From assembly GCF_965214355.1 (NCBI RefSeq), contig NZ_CBDCBI010000001.1:9587-73586 (forward strand): a DNA stretch of 64,000 nucleotides, read 5' to 3'. Source of the DNA: Novosphingobium sp. GTDB lineage: Bacteria > Pseudomonadota > Alphaproteobacteria > Sphingomonadales > Sphingomonadaceae. The position numbers and the translations under genes are program-made. Under the pieces are notes generated by a model. It ran no database searches, had not been told where the DNA came from, and saw only the letters and a program-made list of their open reading frames with translations. Positions within the stretch are counted from its first letter, which is position 1. Every line of letters begins with the position of its first letter. This document shows positions 1-13,884 of the stretch, piece by piece.

Positions 1-97
1 CGATCCGGTCGTTGGGATCGAGCGCGACTTGCACGCTGCCATCCCCGTCAAGACCGATCCTGTCGCGCGTGCGGGCGGGAAGTTCGAGCAAAGCCAT
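1..97 (-). CDS. bchL: Light-independent protochlorophyllide reductase iron protein BchL, 5' end only (runs off the left edge)
   Basis: The minus strand from ATG at 97 reads MALLELPARTRDRIGLDGDGSVQVALDPNDRI, matching the BchL N-terminal 'DG(E/D)GSVQV' leader. An AAGGAA RBS overlaps the bchH stop, and the position fits bchFNBHL order. Confidence 0.8.
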   Translation of the reverse strand, partial: MALLELPARTRDRIGLDGDGSVQVALDPNDRI

Positions 98-106
98 ATC
101 AGTTCC

Positions 107-3100
107 TTACGCTGCCACCGCAACGACACCCTCGAGACGATCCTCGAGTTCATCGCTTGCAGCATGGAGTGCGGCCAGAGTTGCCGCATCGGGTTGCCAG
201 TAATTGCGTTCGCTCGCCTCGATCAGCCGGTGCGCGACACGCGCCGCCGCCCGCGGATTGAGCGCCGCGATCCGTTCGCGCATGGCCGCATCGAGCACGT
301 AGGTTTCGCCGATCCGCTGATAGACCCAGGGATCGACTTCGCCGGTGGTCGCAGACCAGCCCATCGTCGTGGTGACACTGCCCTCGATCTGGCGGACGCC
401 TTCGTATCCGTGGCGCAGCAAACCTTCGGTCCAGACCGGATTGAGAATGCGTGTACGGGTTTCCAGGGCGACCTGTTCCTGCAACGAGCGCACTTTGCCC
501 GATCCTTGCGTCTGGTCGCCGATATAGACGGGCGCCGCGGTGCCTTTGGCGCGCGTGACGGCGCGGCTTATCCCGCCCAGGGCATCGACATACTGGTCGA
601 TCGTGGTGATGCCGAGTTCGACGCTTTCGAGATTCTGGTACGCGCAATCGACCGTCCTGAGCGCAGAGCTCAAAATCGCCGCCTGGCGGACAGGAACCCC
701 TTTGGTCCCGTAAGCATAGCCCTTTTGCCGTTCGAAACTGTCGGCCAGTTCGTCGGGATCGGTCCAGCCGCCGTTATCGATCATCAGATTGACATTGGCG
801 CCGTAGGATCCTTCGGCGTTTGAAAACACGCGCAAAGCCGCCGTTTCGATGTCGCAACCATGCTCGGCCTGATGCGCCAGGCTATGACGCCGGATGAAAT
901 TCAATGCAGACGGCTCGTCGGCCTGCGTGGCCAGCAATGCCGCTTCGGCCAGCATCCGCGTCTGCAGCGGCAGCAGATCGCGAAACACGCCGGACAGCGT
1001 GACGATGACGTCGATGCGCGGGCGGCCCAGTTCTTCAAGGCCGATCAGCTCTGCCCCGGCGAGCCGGTTATAGCTGTCGAACCGTGGCCGCGCGCCCATC
1101 AGCGCCAAAGCCTGGGCGATCTGCGCGCCTTCGCTTTTCAGATTGTCGGTGCCCCACAGCACCATCGCGACCGTTTCGGGAATATGGCCGGCATCGGCAA
1201 GGCTGCGTTCGACCAGGCGCTGCGCCTGCGCCGCACCATCGCGAACCGCATAAGCCGAAGGCAGGCGGAACGGATCAAACCCGTGGATGTTGCGACCGGT
1301 CGGCAGGATCTCCGGTGAGCGCAGCAGATCGCCGCCGGTGACCGGACGGATATAGCGCGCATTCAGGGCATGAACGATGCCGTCGATTTCGCCATTCGAG
1401 GACAGCGCGGTGTTGAGCGCGTCCATGTCCCGCAGCAACGGCGTATCGAGCCGAAGCGTGCCTGCAACCAGGCCCTCGATCGTGTCGAGCGACAGCAATT
1501 CACCGCGCGCGCTGGCAGACGCGGCGATCATGTCGATGCGTTCTTCGCGAGTCGCTGCGGCGCCTGCGACGTGCAGCCCCTGCGGGATGAGTTCGCGTTC
1601 GATTTCGTACAATTTGGCGGCAAGAGCGGCAATGTCGCTGCCGTCGAGATCGATCGCGGTGGCCTGATCGCCGATCAATTCGCCAAGATCGGTCCATTCG
1701 TCGCTGCCGGGTTCAGCATGGCGCCAGCGTTCGACCGACGATTTGAGATCGGCCAGACCCTTGTAGACGCCCGCATTGGTCAAAGCCGGCGTCAGATAGC
1801 TGATCAGCGTGGCGCCCGAGCGGCGTTTGGCGAGCACGCCTTCCGACGGATTGTTTGCCGCATACAGATAGATATTGGGCAGATCGCCGATCAACCGGTC
1901 GGGCCAGCATTTGGCGCTAAGTCCGGCCTGTTTGCCCGGCATGAATTCCAGGCTGCCATGCGTGCCGAAATGCAGCACGGCATGGGCGCAGAAATCCTCT
2001 TTCAGCCAGCGGTAGAACGCGGCGAACGCGTGCGTCGGCGTGTAGCGGCCGGCAAACAGCAGCCGCATCGGATCGCCTTCGTAGCCAAGCGCAGGCTGAA
2101 TCCCGACAAAGACATTGCCGAATTGCGCGCCCAGAATCTGCACCGCGTTGCCGTCGGATTGCAGTTTTCCCGGTGCCGGCCCCCAGGCGTCCTCGATTTC
2201 GGAAAGCCAGGTCTCGCGCTGCACGATCGTATCGGCGCTGACCCGGGCGTGGACATTGGCCTCGGTGCCGTGGCGAGCGGCGTTCCCGCCCAGGACGCGG
2301 TCACGCAAGGCATCGATCGATGCCGGCACATCGACCGTATACCCTTCGCGATCAAGCCGCAGCAGCGTTGCGTGCAGCGAGGCGAAAACACTGAGAAACT
2401 GGGCCGTACCGGCCGCGCCGGCATTGGGCGGAAAATTGAACAGCACCACGGCGATGCGTTTTTCGGCATTTGCGGCCTGGCGCAGTTCGATGATCCGCAG
2501 CACCCGGGCGCTCAACATCTCGGCGCGTTCGCTGCACGCCTGCATGGCGCGGACCTGGCTCGACGCGGGGAAGGTACAGCCGCGCTGGCAGCCGGTGCAT
2601 GGCGTGTCAGACCCGTCCGAACGCCCGCCGAACACCATCGGCACGGTGCCACCGTCGAGTTCGGGAATGGCGACCATCATCGTCGATTCCAGCGGCAGCA
2701 AGCCCTGGCGATTTGTCCCCCAGGCCTGCAAAGTCTGGAATTCCACCGGATGCGCGGCGATATAGGGCCGATCGAGCGTTGCCAGCATCGCCTCGGCCGC
2801 AGCAGTATCGTTGTACGCTGGGCCACCGACCAGGCTGAAACCGGTCAGATTGACAACCGCATCGACGATGGCGACCCCGCCCTTCATGAACAGCGCCTCG
2901 ATCGCCGGCCGCCCGTCGAGCCCGCCGGCAAACGCCGGAATCACGTTCAGCCCGCGCGCTTCCAGGGCGGCAATCACGCCGTCATAATGGCCGGTGTCCT
3001 TTGCCAACACATACGAGCGCAGCATCAACAGGCCGACTGTGCCCTTGGCGCCGCGACGGCGCGGCAATTCGGTCGCGGTGGCGGCCATGCGCTGCGCCAG

Positions 3101-3784
3101 CGCCGGATGATAGACCCCGACTTCGGGATAATCGCGCGGTGGCACCGCTTTCATCGTGCCGCGCAGGGCGCGGCGTTCGCCGTCGGCATAGCGATCAACC
3201 AGCGAGCGGATCATGTCGACGACATTGTCATCCGACGCCGCCAGCCAGTATTGCATCGTCAGGAAATAGGTGCGCACATCCTGCGCCGTGCCGGGAAAGA
3301 ATTTCAGCAGCTTTGGCAGGCGGCGCAACATGGCCATCTGCCGTGCGCCCGAACTCGCGCCCGACTTGGTGGTGCCGCGCATTTTCTTGATCATCGACAA
3401 CAGCCCGGTGGCGGGCTTGTCCATGCGATAATCGCCCATCCGGGTCAGTTTGACGACATCGCCCGCCGACATCAGCCCGATCATCGCATCGCAATCGTTC
3501 TGGCGCGCCACCAGTTGCGGCAGCACGGCGCGGATGTGATCTTCAAGGAACAGCATCGTCATCAAGATGATGTCGCCGCGCGCAATGTCGGCGCGCGCAA
3601 GATCAAGCGATCCCGGCTCTTCGTCCCAATCGGCCGCGGCATGAAACCCGATCGTCACGCCCGAATTCCGGGCCGCGAACTGTTCCTGCGCGCGCAGGAC
3701 CGCGCCCGAAAGATGATTGTCGAGCGTGATGATCACGACACGGACCGGAACCGACATGGCGGTGATGGCTGAACTAGCGGGCAT
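107..3784 (-). CDS. bchH: Magnesium chelatase subunit H
   Basis: Long ORF with CobN/BchH motifs ([36 protein letters not shown]). Start placed at ATG 3784, overlapping the bchB stop; the track start at 3877 lies inside bchB. Confidence 0.95.
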   Translation of the reverse strand: MPASSAITAMSVPVRVVIITLDNHLSGAVLRAQEQFAARNSGVTIGFHAAADWDEEPGSLDLARADIARGDIILMTMLFLEDHIRAVLPQLVARQNDCDAMIGLMSAGDVVKLTRMGDYRMDKPATGLLSMIKKMRGTTKSGASSGARQMAMLRRLPKLLKFFPGTAQDVRTYFLTMQYWLAASDDNVVDMIRSLVDRYADGERRALRGTMKAVPPRDYPEVGVYHPALAQRMAATATELPRRRGAKGTVGLLMLRSYVLAKDTGHYDGVIAALEARGLNVIPAFAGGLDGRPAIEALFMKGGVAIVDAVVNLTGFSLVGGPAYNDTAAAEAMLATLDRPYIAAHPVEFQTLQAWGTNRQGLLPLESTMMVAIPELDGGTVPMVFGGRSDGSDTPCTGCQRGCTFPASSQVRAMQACSERAEMLSARVLRIIELRQAANAEKRIAVVLFNFPPNAGAAGTAQFLSVFASLHATLLRLDREGYTVDVPASIDALRDRVLGGNAARHGTEANVHARVSADTIVQRETWLSEIEDAWGPAPGKLQSDGNAVQILGAQFGNVFVGIQPALGYEGDPMRLLFAGRYTPTHAFAAFYRWLKEDFCAHAVLHFGTHGSLEFMPGKQAGLSAKCWPDRLIGDLPNIYLYAANNPSEGVLAKRRSGATLISYLTPALTNAGVYKGLADLKSSVERWRHAEPGSDEWTDLGELIGDQATAIDLDGSDIAALAAKLYEIERELIPQGLHVAGAAATREERIDMIAASASARGELLSLDTIEGLVAGTLRLDTPLLRDMDALNTALSSNGEIDGIVHALNARYIRPVTGGDLLRSPEILPTGRNIHGFDPFRLPSAYAVRDGAAQAQRLVERSLADAGHIPETVAMVLWGTDNLKSEGAQIAQALALMGARPRFDSYNRLAGAELIGLEELGRPRIDVIVTLSGVFRDLLPLQTRMLAEAALLATQADEPSALNFIRRHSLAHQAEHGCDIETAALRVFSNAEGSYGANVNLMIDNGGWTDPDELADSFERQKGYAYGTKGVPVRQAAILSSALRTVDCAYQNLESVELGITTIDQYVDALGGISRAVTRAKGTAAPVYIGDQTQGSGKVRSLQEQVALETRTRILNPVWTEGLLRHGYEGVRQIEGSVTTTMGWSATTGEVDPWVYQRIGETYVLDAAMRERIAALNPRAAARVAHRLIEASERNYWQPDAATLAALHAASDELEDRLEGVVAVAA

Positions 3785-5342
3785 AATGCGCCTTCGCATC
3801 GTAGAGCGTTTCGAGCGTAATGGCGGCGATGCCCTGCTCGGTGGCATAGCGCTCGGTGTTCCGCCGTGCTTTCCCACGCACGAAGAACGGGATTTTCAGA
3901 AGTTCTTTTTCAGCGTCGCTGGACCAGCCGGACACAGCCGCAAAGATGTTCTCGGTCACAGGTTCGGCGGGCGAGTCTGCAGGGGCCGAAGGGGCCGCAG
4001 GCGCCGCGCCATGACCAAGATGCGAAGCGCCTGCGCCATCGCTGAATTCGAAATCATCGCGGAACATCGTCAGCAGATGCTCCTCCAGCCCCATCACGAG
4101 CGGATGGACCCACGTGTCGAACAGCACATTGGCGCCCTCGAAACCCATCTGCGGGCTGTAGCGCGCGGGAAAATCCTGCACATGGACCGGGGCGGAAATC
4201 ACGGCGCAAGGGATACGCAGGCGCTTGGCGATGTGCCGTTCCATCTGCGTGCCCAACACCAGCTCGGGCTGCGCCTCCTGGATCGCCGCTTCGACGTCGA
4301 GATAATCGTCGGTGATCAGCGGCTCGACGCCGTACAGCGCGGCCGCCTCACGAACATCGCGGGCAAATTCACGATTGTAGCAGCCCAGGCCCACCACTTC
4401 GAAACCGAGCTCATCACGGGCCACCCGCGCCGCTGCGACCGCGTGCGTCGCATCGCCGAAAATGAACACCCGCTTGCCGGTCAGATACGTCGAATCGACC
4501 GAGCGGCTCCACCAGGGCAGATTGCCCAGGCTTTCGAAGCGGCCGAGTGCGGCAGATGGGTCCAGCCCGCCCAGCATCGACACTTCGGTGATGAAGGCGC
4601 GCGTCGCGGCATGGCCGATCGGGACAGTCCGCACGGTTTTCTGGCCAAATGTCTTGTCCAGCCAGCGGCACGCCGTGTCGGCGATTTCAGGATACAGGCA
4701 GATATTGAAATCGGCCTGGCCCAGCCGCGCCAGGTCGGCCGGTGTCGCACCCAGCGGCGCGGTGACATTCACGTCGACACCGATTGTCGCCAGCATCCGG
4801 GTGACTTCGATAAGATCGTCGCGATGGCGAAAGCCCAGCGCCGTTGGCCCAAGCAGATTGGCCGTGGGCCGGCGCGTTTCGCGCGGAGCGCGCGTCACGT
4901 CTTTATCGGCGAGCTGGCGCACCAGTTGGTAAAACGTTTCTGCCGCGCCCCAGTTTTCCTTGCGCTGATAGCTTGGCAGCTCGAGCGCGATGACCGGGCA
5001 AGGCAACCGCATCGCTTCGGCCAGGCCCGCCGGGTCGTCCTGGATCAATTCGGCCGTGCACGATGCGCCGACCAGCATGGCCTGTGGTTTGAACCGCGCG
5101 TAAGCATCCCGCGCCGCCCGCTGAAACAGGTCGGCGGTATCCTTGCCCAGATCACGCGCCTGAAATGTCGTGTATGTGACCGGCGGGCGCTTTGCGCGAC
5201 GCTCGATCATCGTGAATAGCAGGTCGGCATAAGTATCGCCCTGGGGCGCGTGAAGGACGTAGTGCACGCCTTCCATCGCGGTTGCGATCCGCATTGCGCC
5301 GACATGCGGTGGTCCTTCGTAAGTCCAGACGGTCAGCTGCAT
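3774..5342 (-). CDS. bchB: DPOR subunit B
   Basis: 522 aa with [34 protein letters not shown] and C-terminal [15 protein letters not shown]. Confidence 0.96.
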   Translation of the reverse strand: MQLTVWTYEGPPHVGAMRIATAMEGVHYVLHAPQGDTYADLLFTMIERRAKRPPVTYTTFQARDLGKDTADLFQRAARDAYARFKPQAMLVGASCTAELIQDDPAGLAEAMRLPCPVIALELPSYQRKENWGAAETFYQLVRQLADKDVTRAPRETRRPTANLLGPTALGFRHRDDLIEVTRMLATIGVDVNVTAPLGATPADLARLGQADFNICLYPEIADTACRWLDKTFGQKTVRTVPIGHAATRAFITEVSMLGGLDPSAALGRFESLGNLPWWSRSVDSTYLTGKRVFIFGDATHAVAAARVARDELGFEVVGLGCYNREFARDVREAAALYGVEPLITDDYLDVEAAIQEAQPELVLGTQMERHIAKRLRIPCAVISAPVHVQDFPARYSPQMGFEGANVLFDTWVHPLVMGLEEHLLTMFRDDFEFSDGAGASHLGHGAAPAAPSAPADSPAEPVTENIFAAVSGWSSDAEKELLKIPFFVRGKARRNTERYATEQGIAAITLETLYDAKAHYAR

Positions 5343-5346
5343 CGCC

Positions 5347-7244
<1,898 letters not shown>

Positions 7245-7382
7245 CTTTGGGCCACACAGGCCGCTAATCCGGTTGCCAGCCACTTATAAATGAGTCTAGG
7301 TTCGAGGGGTATTCGAGTCGCACGCTGCAAAGGCGGCAGGCCCGGGCATGTGGTTGTGGTGTTTGCCAGGCGGGAGCTGGTT

Positions 7383-8327
7383 ATGGCGACGATTGCTTTT
7401 TCCGACGCAAATGCAGCTTGGCCCGGCGATGCCGGACATGCGTCGCAACACGGCGCGTCGGAGTTCAGCGCGCGCGTGTCTCCGTCATTTGATGCCGACA
7501 CGAAAAATCTGGCCGCGTTTCGCGTGATTGCCACGACCGATTTCAAGAACTCGCTATCCCGGCTGATCGAAAACGAGGTTATTCCGCGCCTGATGCTTGC
7601 GCATGCTTTGGAAACGTTCGACACGATCCCCGCTGCGGTCGTCGCCAGCATCGTTGTCGGTGAAGCAGAGGCGCTCGCGGTGCTGGTGCTGCAAGTCGAC
7701 GCCGGCGTCCTGCTCGCCCATGTAGAGGCGATTTTGGCGCGCGGCGTGACAGTCGATACGGTCATGGTCGACCTGTTGGCGCCCACTGCACGACTGCTTG
7801 GCGAATACTGGGAAAGCGACCGCTGCGACTTCGTCGATGTGACCATGGGGCTGTGGCGCTTGCAAGAAGTCGTGCATGTTATTGCTGCACGTGCACCGTC
7901 GGAAAGATTGCTTGCTGCCGGCGGCCACCGCGCCCTTTTTGCATCGATGCCAGGCGACCAGCATAACTTCGGCACAGTCGTGATCGACGAAATGTTCCGC
8001 CGGGATGGCTGGATTACCGATCGGTTGAGTGGTGCCGAGACGTCAGAGCTGCTCAGACGCGTCGGCGAAGAGTGGTTCGACATGATCGGGTTGACGGTCA
8101 GCTGCGAGTGTCATATCGCGACCCTGCCCTCGGTAATTGTTGCACTGCGGAATGTGTCCAAAAATTCGCAAGTCAGCATTATGGTCGGTGGGCCAGTGTT
8201 CAGCAAAGATCCCGGGCAAGCAGAGAAAGTGGGCGCGGATGGTACCGCACCTGATGCACAAGTGGCCTTGAAAGTGGCAGCTGGCCTTGTTCGTACACGG
8301 CAGAGACAGGCTTTAGCGGGCAATTAA
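7383..8327 (+). CDS. ppaA: Cobalamin-binding photoregulator PpaA/AerR
   Basis: B12-binding-type motif ALFASMPGDQHNFG, LGEYWESD and IMVGG; immediately upstream of ppsR. Start at ATG 7383 after GGGAG. Confidence 0.88.
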   Translation: MATIAFSDANAAWPGDAGHASQHGASEFSARVSPSFDADTKNLAAFRVIATTDFKNSLSRLIENEVIPRLMLAHALETFDTIPAAVVASIVVGEAEALAVLVLQVDAGVLLAHVEAILARGVTVDTVMVDLLAPTARLLGEYWESDRCDFVDVTMGLWRLQEVVHVIAARAPSERLLAAGGHRALFASMPGDQHNFGTVVIDEMFRRDGWITDRLSGAETSELLRRVGEEWFDMIGLTVSCECHIATLPSVIVALRNVSKNSQVSIMVGGPVFSKDPGQAEKVGADGTAPDAQVALKVAAGLVRTRQRQALAGN

Positions 8328-8375
8328 ACGAGAGCTGGTCATCACGCTGGTTCGCAGGAGTGCTAAAACCCGGCC

Positions 8376-9815
8376 ATGGATATGCATAGCGCCAATTCGG
8401 CAATCGCCCCCTTCCCCATGGCCGACTTGGTCAAGGGATCACTGCCAGCGGGTGTCGTTTCGGCATTTCTGGCGGCGGTTGGCGATATTGCGCTGATCCT
8501 TTCCGGCGACGGCATGATCGTCGATATCACAGTGGGGCATGGCGAACTCGCCAGCCAGGAATTCGCCGATTGGGTCGGAACCGCCTGGATAGATACGGTC
8601 ACAATCGAAAGCCGGCCCAAAGTTGCCGAAATGTTGGCCGATGCAGCAAAACCCGGCGCCCAGAAAGCCTTGCGGTGGCGGCAGGTCAATCATGTCACGC
8701 CGGGCGGCGACGTTCCGATACGGTATCTGATGCTGGCGCTGGGCGACGACGATCATCTGATCGCGATCGGCCGGGACTTGCGCGGTGCAGCCGTGATGCA
8801 GCAACGCCTGTTGCAGGCGCAGCAGGCGATCGAGCGTGACTACATCCGCCAGCGCCAGTCAGAGATCCGCTATCACATGCTGTTCGACAGCGTGTCGGAA
8901 CCGGTGCTGATTGTCGATGCCGAAGACCGCCGTATCCGCGAAGCCAATCCGGCCGCATACCGCCTGCTCGACGCCAGCCCTGGTGATCTTGCCGGTCGCG
9001 CCCTCACCGAGATCGTCGCACCTGAACACCGTGATGATCTGATTGCTTATCTGGGCGCGGCCGAAGTGACCGACGATCGCGCGCCGCTCGGATTGCGCAT
9101 GGTCAATGGTCGCGGCGACGCCAGTTTGGCTGCGCGGCTGTTCCGCCAGGCAAGCAAGCCGTTGTTTATCGTGCGCATCGAAACGATCCCTGAATCAAAC
9201 GCAGTGCCACAGTTCGACGCGCTGCTGGGCAGTGTCATCGAGCGGATGCCCGATTCGTTTGTCCTGGTCGATCGCGAATTGAATGTCCTGACGGCCAATT
9301 CCGCATTCCTCGAAATGACCGAGGTATCGTCGATCGATCGGGTCGTTGGCCTGCAACTGGGCAAATGGCTGGGTCGCCCCGGGATCGACCTGGAACTGAT
9401 CGTAGGACAGTTGCGCGAACATGGTGCGGTTCGCAATGTCGCCACGATCATGCGCGGCGCGGCGGGTTCGAAAGAAGAGATCGAGGTTTCAGCGGTGTGC
9501 GCCCCGATGGGCGACAGCGAATGTTTTGGCTTCACGATCCGCGATGTTGCCCGGCGGGAGCGCGGTGTTCCCGTAAGCCCCGGCGACGTGCCGCGCTCGG
9601 TCGGGCAATTGACCGAATTGGTCGGCCGGATGTCGCTCAAGGATATCGTGCGCGAAAGTACCGATCTGATCGAGCGGCTGTGCATCGAGGCAGCACTCGT
9701 ATACACCTCTGACAACCGCGCCTCCGCCGCCGAAATCCTGGGTGTCAGCCGGCAAAGCCTCTATTCGAAGCTGCACCGGCACGGGCTTGGCAATCTGGTC
9801 CCCGCGGAGATCTAG
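8376..9815 (+). CDS. ppsR: Photosynthesis gene repressor PpsR (PAS domains plus Fis-type HTH)
   Basis: 479 aa with PAS repeats and C-terminal LIERLCIEAAL...NRASAAEILGVSRQSLYSKL. Confidence 0.95.
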   Translation: MDMHSANSAIAPFPMADLVKGSLPAGVVSAFLAAVGDIALILSGDGMIVDITVGHGELASQEFADWVGTAWIDTVTIESRPKVAEMLADAAKPGAQKALRWRQVNHVTPGGDVPIRYLMLALGDDDHLIAIGRDLRGAAVMQQRLLQAQQAIERDYIRQRQSEIRYHMLFDSVSEPVLIVDAEDRRIREANPAAYRLLDASPGDLAGRALTEIVAPEHRDDLIAYLGAAEVTDDRAPLGLRMVNGRGDASLAARLFRQASKPLFIVRIETIPESNAVPQFDALLGSVIERMPDSFVLVDRELNVLTANSAFLEMTEVSSIDRVVGLQLGKWLGRPGIDLELIVGQLREHGAVRNVATIMRGAAGSKEEIEVSAVCAPMGDSECFGFTIRDVARRERGVPVSPGDVPRSVGQLTELVGRMSLKDIVRESTDLIERLCIEAALVYTSDNRASAAEILGVSRQSLYSKLHRHGLGNLVPAEI

Positions 9816-9885
9816 CGCTTCGCGCAAGCGCTTGTAATATCGAGAGAATGGCAACTTCGCCACAGTGCGAGCACGACGTTGGCGC

Positions 9886-9903
9886 TGTCTATTCGGTTTG
9901 ACA
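9886..9903. promoter_or_regulatory. PpsR box upstream of bchG
   Basis: Exact TGT-CTATTCGGTTTG-ACA, 30 bp before the bchG ATG at 9934. Confidence 0.8.
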
Positions 9904-9933
9904 CTATTTCCTGTCAAGTATAGCATTTCGGCG

Positions 9934-10842
9934 ATGGAACGATTAAGCGCCCCGGGATTCGAAACGCCCTTTCCTGCCCCCAAAGACATTCTCGAACTGC
10001 TCAAGCCGATCACATGGTTTCCGCCCATCTGGGCGTTCATGTGCGGGGTGGTTTCATCGGGGGTTCCCATAGCGAGCCGCTGGCCTTTCGTCATCGCCGG
10101 CATAGCGCTGGTCGGGCCGCTGGTATGCGGGACAAGCCAGGCCGTAAACGACTGGTTCGATCGTCATGTCGACGCCATAAACGAACCGGACCGGCCGATC
10201 CCATCGGGCCGTATCGCCGGATCCTGGGGCCTGGGAATTGCCGTCATCGGCACTGTGATCGGCTTGATGGCGGCGGCGGCAATGGGGCCCTGGGTCCTGA
10301 TCGCGACGATTTTTGCGCTGATATGCGCGTGGTCATACAGCGCGCCGCCGTTCCGGTTGAAAAGGAGCGGCATATGGGGCCCTGTAGCGGTGGCGCTGAC
10401 TTATGAAGGCCTGACCTGGTTCACCGGCGCCAGCGTCATGGCAGGCACCCTGCCCCCGCCCCATGTGCTCGCCATTCTGGCGCTCTATGCCGGCGGCGCG
10501 TTCGGGATCATGACGCTCAACGATTTCAAAGCCATCGAGGGCGATCAGGCCATGGGTATCCGTTCCCTGCCCGCAACGCTCGGCGTCGGCCCGGCGGCGC
10601 GCATTGCCTGCCTGGTCATGGCGGTGGCCCAGATCGCGGTTGTCGCCTTGTTGGTTCACTGGCGTCATCTGGCAGTGGCGGGTATCGTTGCCGCGCTCGT
10701 TGCGGGCCAGATCGGGCTGATGCCCCGGCTCTTGCGCGATCCGCGCGCAAACACGCCGTGGTACAACGCGACCGGCACCACGCTTTATGTGCTGGGCATG
10801 CTCGCGTCGGCGCTTGCGCTTGGCGGGGTGGCTGGCCTGTGA
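9934..10842 (+). CDS. bchG: Bacteriochlorophyll synthase
   Basis: ELLKPITWFPPIWAF, NDWFDRHVDAINEPDRPIPSGR and NDFKAIEGD (UbiA family). Confidence 0.95.
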   Translation: MERLSAPGFETPFPAPKDILELLKPITWFPPIWAFMCGVVSSGVPIASRWPFVIAGIALVGPLVCGTSQAVNDWFDRHVDAINEPDRPIPSGRIAGSWGLGIAVIGTVIGLMAAAAMGPWVLIATIFALICAWSYSAPPFRLKRSGIWGPVAVALTYEGLTWFTGASVMAGTLPPPHVLAILALYAGGAFGIMTLNDFKAIEGDQAMGIRSLPATLGVGPAARIACLVMAVAQIAVVALLVHWRHLAVAGIVAALVAGQIGLMPRLLRDPRANTPWYNATGTTLYVLGMLASALALGGVAGL

Positions 10843-12206
10843 GCGCCTCAAATGCGAGCGCTCAGACTGTAACCGGCCGAACTGCGCTCGGCTGGCTTGG
10901 CATCGTCCGGCTCGGCCTCGTGCAAAGTGCCATCGGCGCTATCGTGATGTTGGCCACATCGCTGCTGAACCGGGTCATGGTGGTGGAATACGCGCTGCCG
11001 GCGGCTTTGCCTGCCGGGCTGGTTGCCTGGCATTACGCAGTGCAGCTTTCGCGCCCGGCCTGGGGCCATGGGTCGGACGGGGGTCGCCGGCGTACGCCGT
11101 TGATCGTGCTTGGCATGGCAACGCTGGCGTCCGGCACGATGCTGGCGGTTGGCGCGCTCAATCTGCTTGCGGTCCGGGCGCCCTGGGGTGTTCCTGCGGC
11201 CGTCGTCGCCTTTACGATGATCGGTGCCGGTGTGGGCGCGGCGGGCACATCGTTGCTGGCGTTGCTTGCCACCCGCGTCACACCGGACCGGCGCGCGGCC
11301 GCGGCATCGATCACCTGGATCATGATGGTGGCCGGTATCGTCGTCACCGCCGGCGTCGCAGGGGCGTGGATCGATCCCTTTTCACTGCCCCGTCTGGCCA
11401 TGGTCGCCGGCAGCGTCGCCGGCGCGGCGTTCCTGACCGCGATGCTGGCGGTTTGGGGAATCGAAGGAGCACCCGCTGCGGTCGCCGCACAGGCCCTGAC
11501 ACGTACGACAGACGGGCAATCGGCACCACACCAGCCATTTGGCATCGCGTTGCGCGCCATGTGGGCCGATGACGAAGTGCGCCGGTTCACGCTGTTCGTG
11601 TTCCTGTCGATGCTCGCCTACTCGATGCAGGAGCTGATCCTTGAACCTTTTGCCGGTTTGTTGTTCGGCTTTACCCCGGGGCAATCGACCCAGCTGTCCG
11701 GGGTGCAACATGGCGGCGTGCTGGCAGGCATGATCGTCGTGGGGCTTGGCGGCGGTGCATTTGCGGGGCGCGGCGCCACGGGCTTGCGCCGGTGGGTCGT
11801 GGGCGGCTGCATCGGCTCTGCGCTGGCGCTTGTCGGGCTGGCCTTTGCGGCACGTATCGGCTTGGGCTGGCCGCTCGCGCTCAACGTGGCACTGCTGGGC
11901 TTTGCCAACGGGGTGTTTGCTGTCGCCACGATCGGCGAGATGATGGCGCTGGCCAGCGTCGATGGCGGGCGTGTCGGCATGCGCATGGGCGTATGGGGCG
12001 CGGGCCAGGCGATCGCCTTTGCGCTTGGCGGCCTGACCGGCGCGGTCGGCATCGACGCGGGCCGTGCGCTGATCGGGTCGACGCCTGAAACGTTCATGAT
12101 CGTGTTTGGCGCAGAAGCATTGCTTTTTCTGGTGGCGGCGTCGCTCGCGTTGCGCGGTGCGGCACAGACCGTCAGGACGTTGACACTTGCCGGTGCGCAA
12201 CAATGA
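10839..12206 (+). CDS. pucC: PucC-family (BCD) MFS protein
   Basis: RLGLVQSAIGAIV...LNRVMVVE and QELILEPFAG; multiple hydrophobic segments; GTGA overlap with bchG. Confidence 0.9.
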   Translation: MSASNASAQTVTGRTALGWLGIVRLGLVQSAIGAIVMLATSLLNRVMVVEYALPAALPAGLVAWHYAVQLSRPAWGHGSDGGRRRTPLIVLGMATLASGTMLAVGALNLLAVRAPWGVPAAVVAFTMIGAGVGAAGTSLLALLATRVTPDRRAAAASITWIMMVAGIVVTAGVAGAWIDPFSLPRLAMVAGSVAGAAFLTAMLAVWGIEGAPAAVAAQALTRTTDGQSAPHQPFGIALRAMWADDEVRRFTLFVFLSMLAYSMQELILEPFAGLLFGFTPGQSTQLSGVQHGGVLAGMIVVGLGGGAFAGRGATGLRRWVVGGCIGSALALVGLAFAARIGLGWPLALNVALLGFANGVFAVATIGEMMALASVDGGRVGMRMGVWGAGQAIAFALGGLTGAVGIDAGRALIGSTPETFMIVFGAEALLFLVAASLALRGAAQTVRTLTLAGAQQ

Positions 12207-13405
12207 TAGAATATGATTGTGTCGTCGTGGGCGGAGGCCCTGCCGGAGCGACTGCAGCCACCGATCTTGCTGCATCCGGGCACAGCGTGTTGCTGCTGGA
12301 TCGCGCGGGACGGATAAAGCCATGCGGCGGAGCCATTCCGCCCCGGCTGATTCGCGACTTTGCCATTCCCGATCACCTGATCGTCGGCCGCGCGCGTTCG
12401 GCCCGGATGATCGCGCCGTCGGACAGCACTGTCGACATGGCAGTCGATCAAACGGAGACCGGTGCCTTTGTCGGCATGGTCGACCGCGAAACCTTTGACG
12501 AATGGCTGCGCGCACGTGCCGCGGATCATGGCGCAACGCGTGCCACCGGAACCTTTGACCAGATCGAGCGGGATGCGCAGCCCGGCGCCATCGTGGTGTT
12601 TTCCGAAGCGCGCGCGGGCGTGCAGCACCGTGTGCGCGCCCGGTGTGTGATCGGCGCCGACGGCGCCCGGTCGCGCGTGGCGCGTGGTGCGCTTGCCGGC
12701 GCCGAACGCATGCCTTGCGTGTTCGCCTATCATGAAGTGATCCGCTCGCCCGCACCACATGCCACAGGGTTTGATCGCGAGCGTTGCGATGTGTTTTATC
12801 AGGGCAGTGTATCGCCCGATTTTTATGGTTGGGTGTTTCCACATGGCGATACCACGAGCGTCGGGGTCGGCAGCGCCAACAAGGGCTTTTCGTTGCGCGA
12901 TGCGGTGACCCGGCTGCGCGCGCGCGAGCATCTGGACAGCTGCGAAACGATCCGGCGCGAAGGCGCGCCTATTCCGCTGCGGCCGCTGCGCAAATGGGAC
13001 AATGGACGTGACGTGCTGGTTACCGGTGATGCCGCCGGCGTGGTCGCTCCTGCGTCTGGCGAGGGGATTTATTATGCCATGGTCGCGGGGCGCTGGTCGG
13101 CAAGCGCGGTAAACGCCTTTCTCGTTTCAGGCGATCCGCGCGCGCTCAAACAGGCGCGCCGCGCTTTCATGCGATCGCATGGCCAGGTTTTCCGAATTCT
13201 TGGAATGATGCAGTATTTCTGGTATCGCAACGACCGGCGACGGGAACGGTTTGTGATGATGTGCAAGGACCGCGACGTGCAGAACCTGATTTGGCCTGCG
13301 TACATGAACAAACGTCTGACATATGCCCGGCCGCTCGCCTATGTGCGGATATTCCTCAAGGATATGCGGCATTTGTTGGCTACCATGACGGCGCCCGCAC
13401 GATGA
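12203..13405 (+). CDS. bchP: Geranylgeranyl reductase
   Basis: VVVGGGPAG, KPCGGAIP, FYGWVFPHG and GDAAGVVAPASGEGIYYA. Confidence 0.95.
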   Translation: MIEYDCVVVGGGPAGATAATDLAASGHSVLLLDRAGRIKPCGGAIPPRLIRDFAIPDHLIVGRARSARMIAPSDSTVDMAVDQTETGAFVGMVDRETFDEWLRARAADHGATRATGTFDQIERDAQPGAIVVFSEARAGVQHRVRARCVIGADGARSRVARGALAGAERMPCVFAYHEVIRSPAPHATGFDRERCDVFYQGSVSPDFYGWVFPHGDTTSVGVGSANKGFSLRDAVTRLRAREHLDSCETIRREGAPIPLRPLRKWDNGRDVLVTGDAAGVVAPASGEGIYYAMVAGRWSASAVNAFLVSGDPRALKQARRAFMRSHGQVFRILGMMQYFWYRNDRRRERFVMMCKDRDVQNLIWPAYMNKRLTYARPLAYVRIFLKDMRHLLATMTAPAR

Positions 13406-13884
13406 GCCGTGCGTGGATCTTTCCCATCCTGATCGCGGGCATCATCGCCATTGGCGTGGCGGTGATGGGCGCGACGATCACCGATATCGGTCCGTGGTAT
13501 CATGGCCTTGCGCAACCGCGGTGGGCACCGGCAGATGCCGTCTATGGCCTGGCGTGGACAGCGGTTTATGGCTTCGCGGCATTGGCGGGCGTTACCGCCT
13601 GGCTTGCCATGCCGCGGTCAAAGGACCGCGAATGGCTGTTGGGCCTGTTTGCGTTGAACGGTTTTCTGAATATCTTGTGGAGCCTGTTGTTCTTTCGATT
13701 TCACCGGCCGGATTGGGCTGAGATCGAAGTCATGGGGCTGTGGTTGTCGGTGGCAGCGCTGGTCATCACCATCTGGCGCCGTTCAATGACAGGCGCACTC
13801 TTGCTGCTGCCCTATTTGCTGTGGGTCATGTATACCGGATACTTCAACATGATCATCGTCCGGCTGAACGGGCCGTTCTCCTGA
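13402..13884 (+). CDS. tspO: Tryptophan-rich sensory protein TspO
   Basis: WYHGLAQPRWAP, WTAVY, NILWSLLFF and LLPYLLWV; ATGA overlap with bchP. Confidence 0.92.
   Translation: MSRAWIFPILIAGIIAIGVAVMGATITDIGPWYHGLAQPRWAPADAVYGLAWTAVYGFAALAGVTAWLAMPRSKDREWLLGLFALNGFLNILWSLLFFRFHRPDWAEIEVMGLWLSVAALVITIWRRSMTGALLLLPYLLWVMYTGYFNMIIVRLNGPFS

Noticed and set aside
29-5219. Long plus-strand ORFs antisense to bchH/bchB (29-823, 1370-3772, 3717-5219)
   Set aside because: Shadow frames typical of high-GC genes, with no recognisable motifs.
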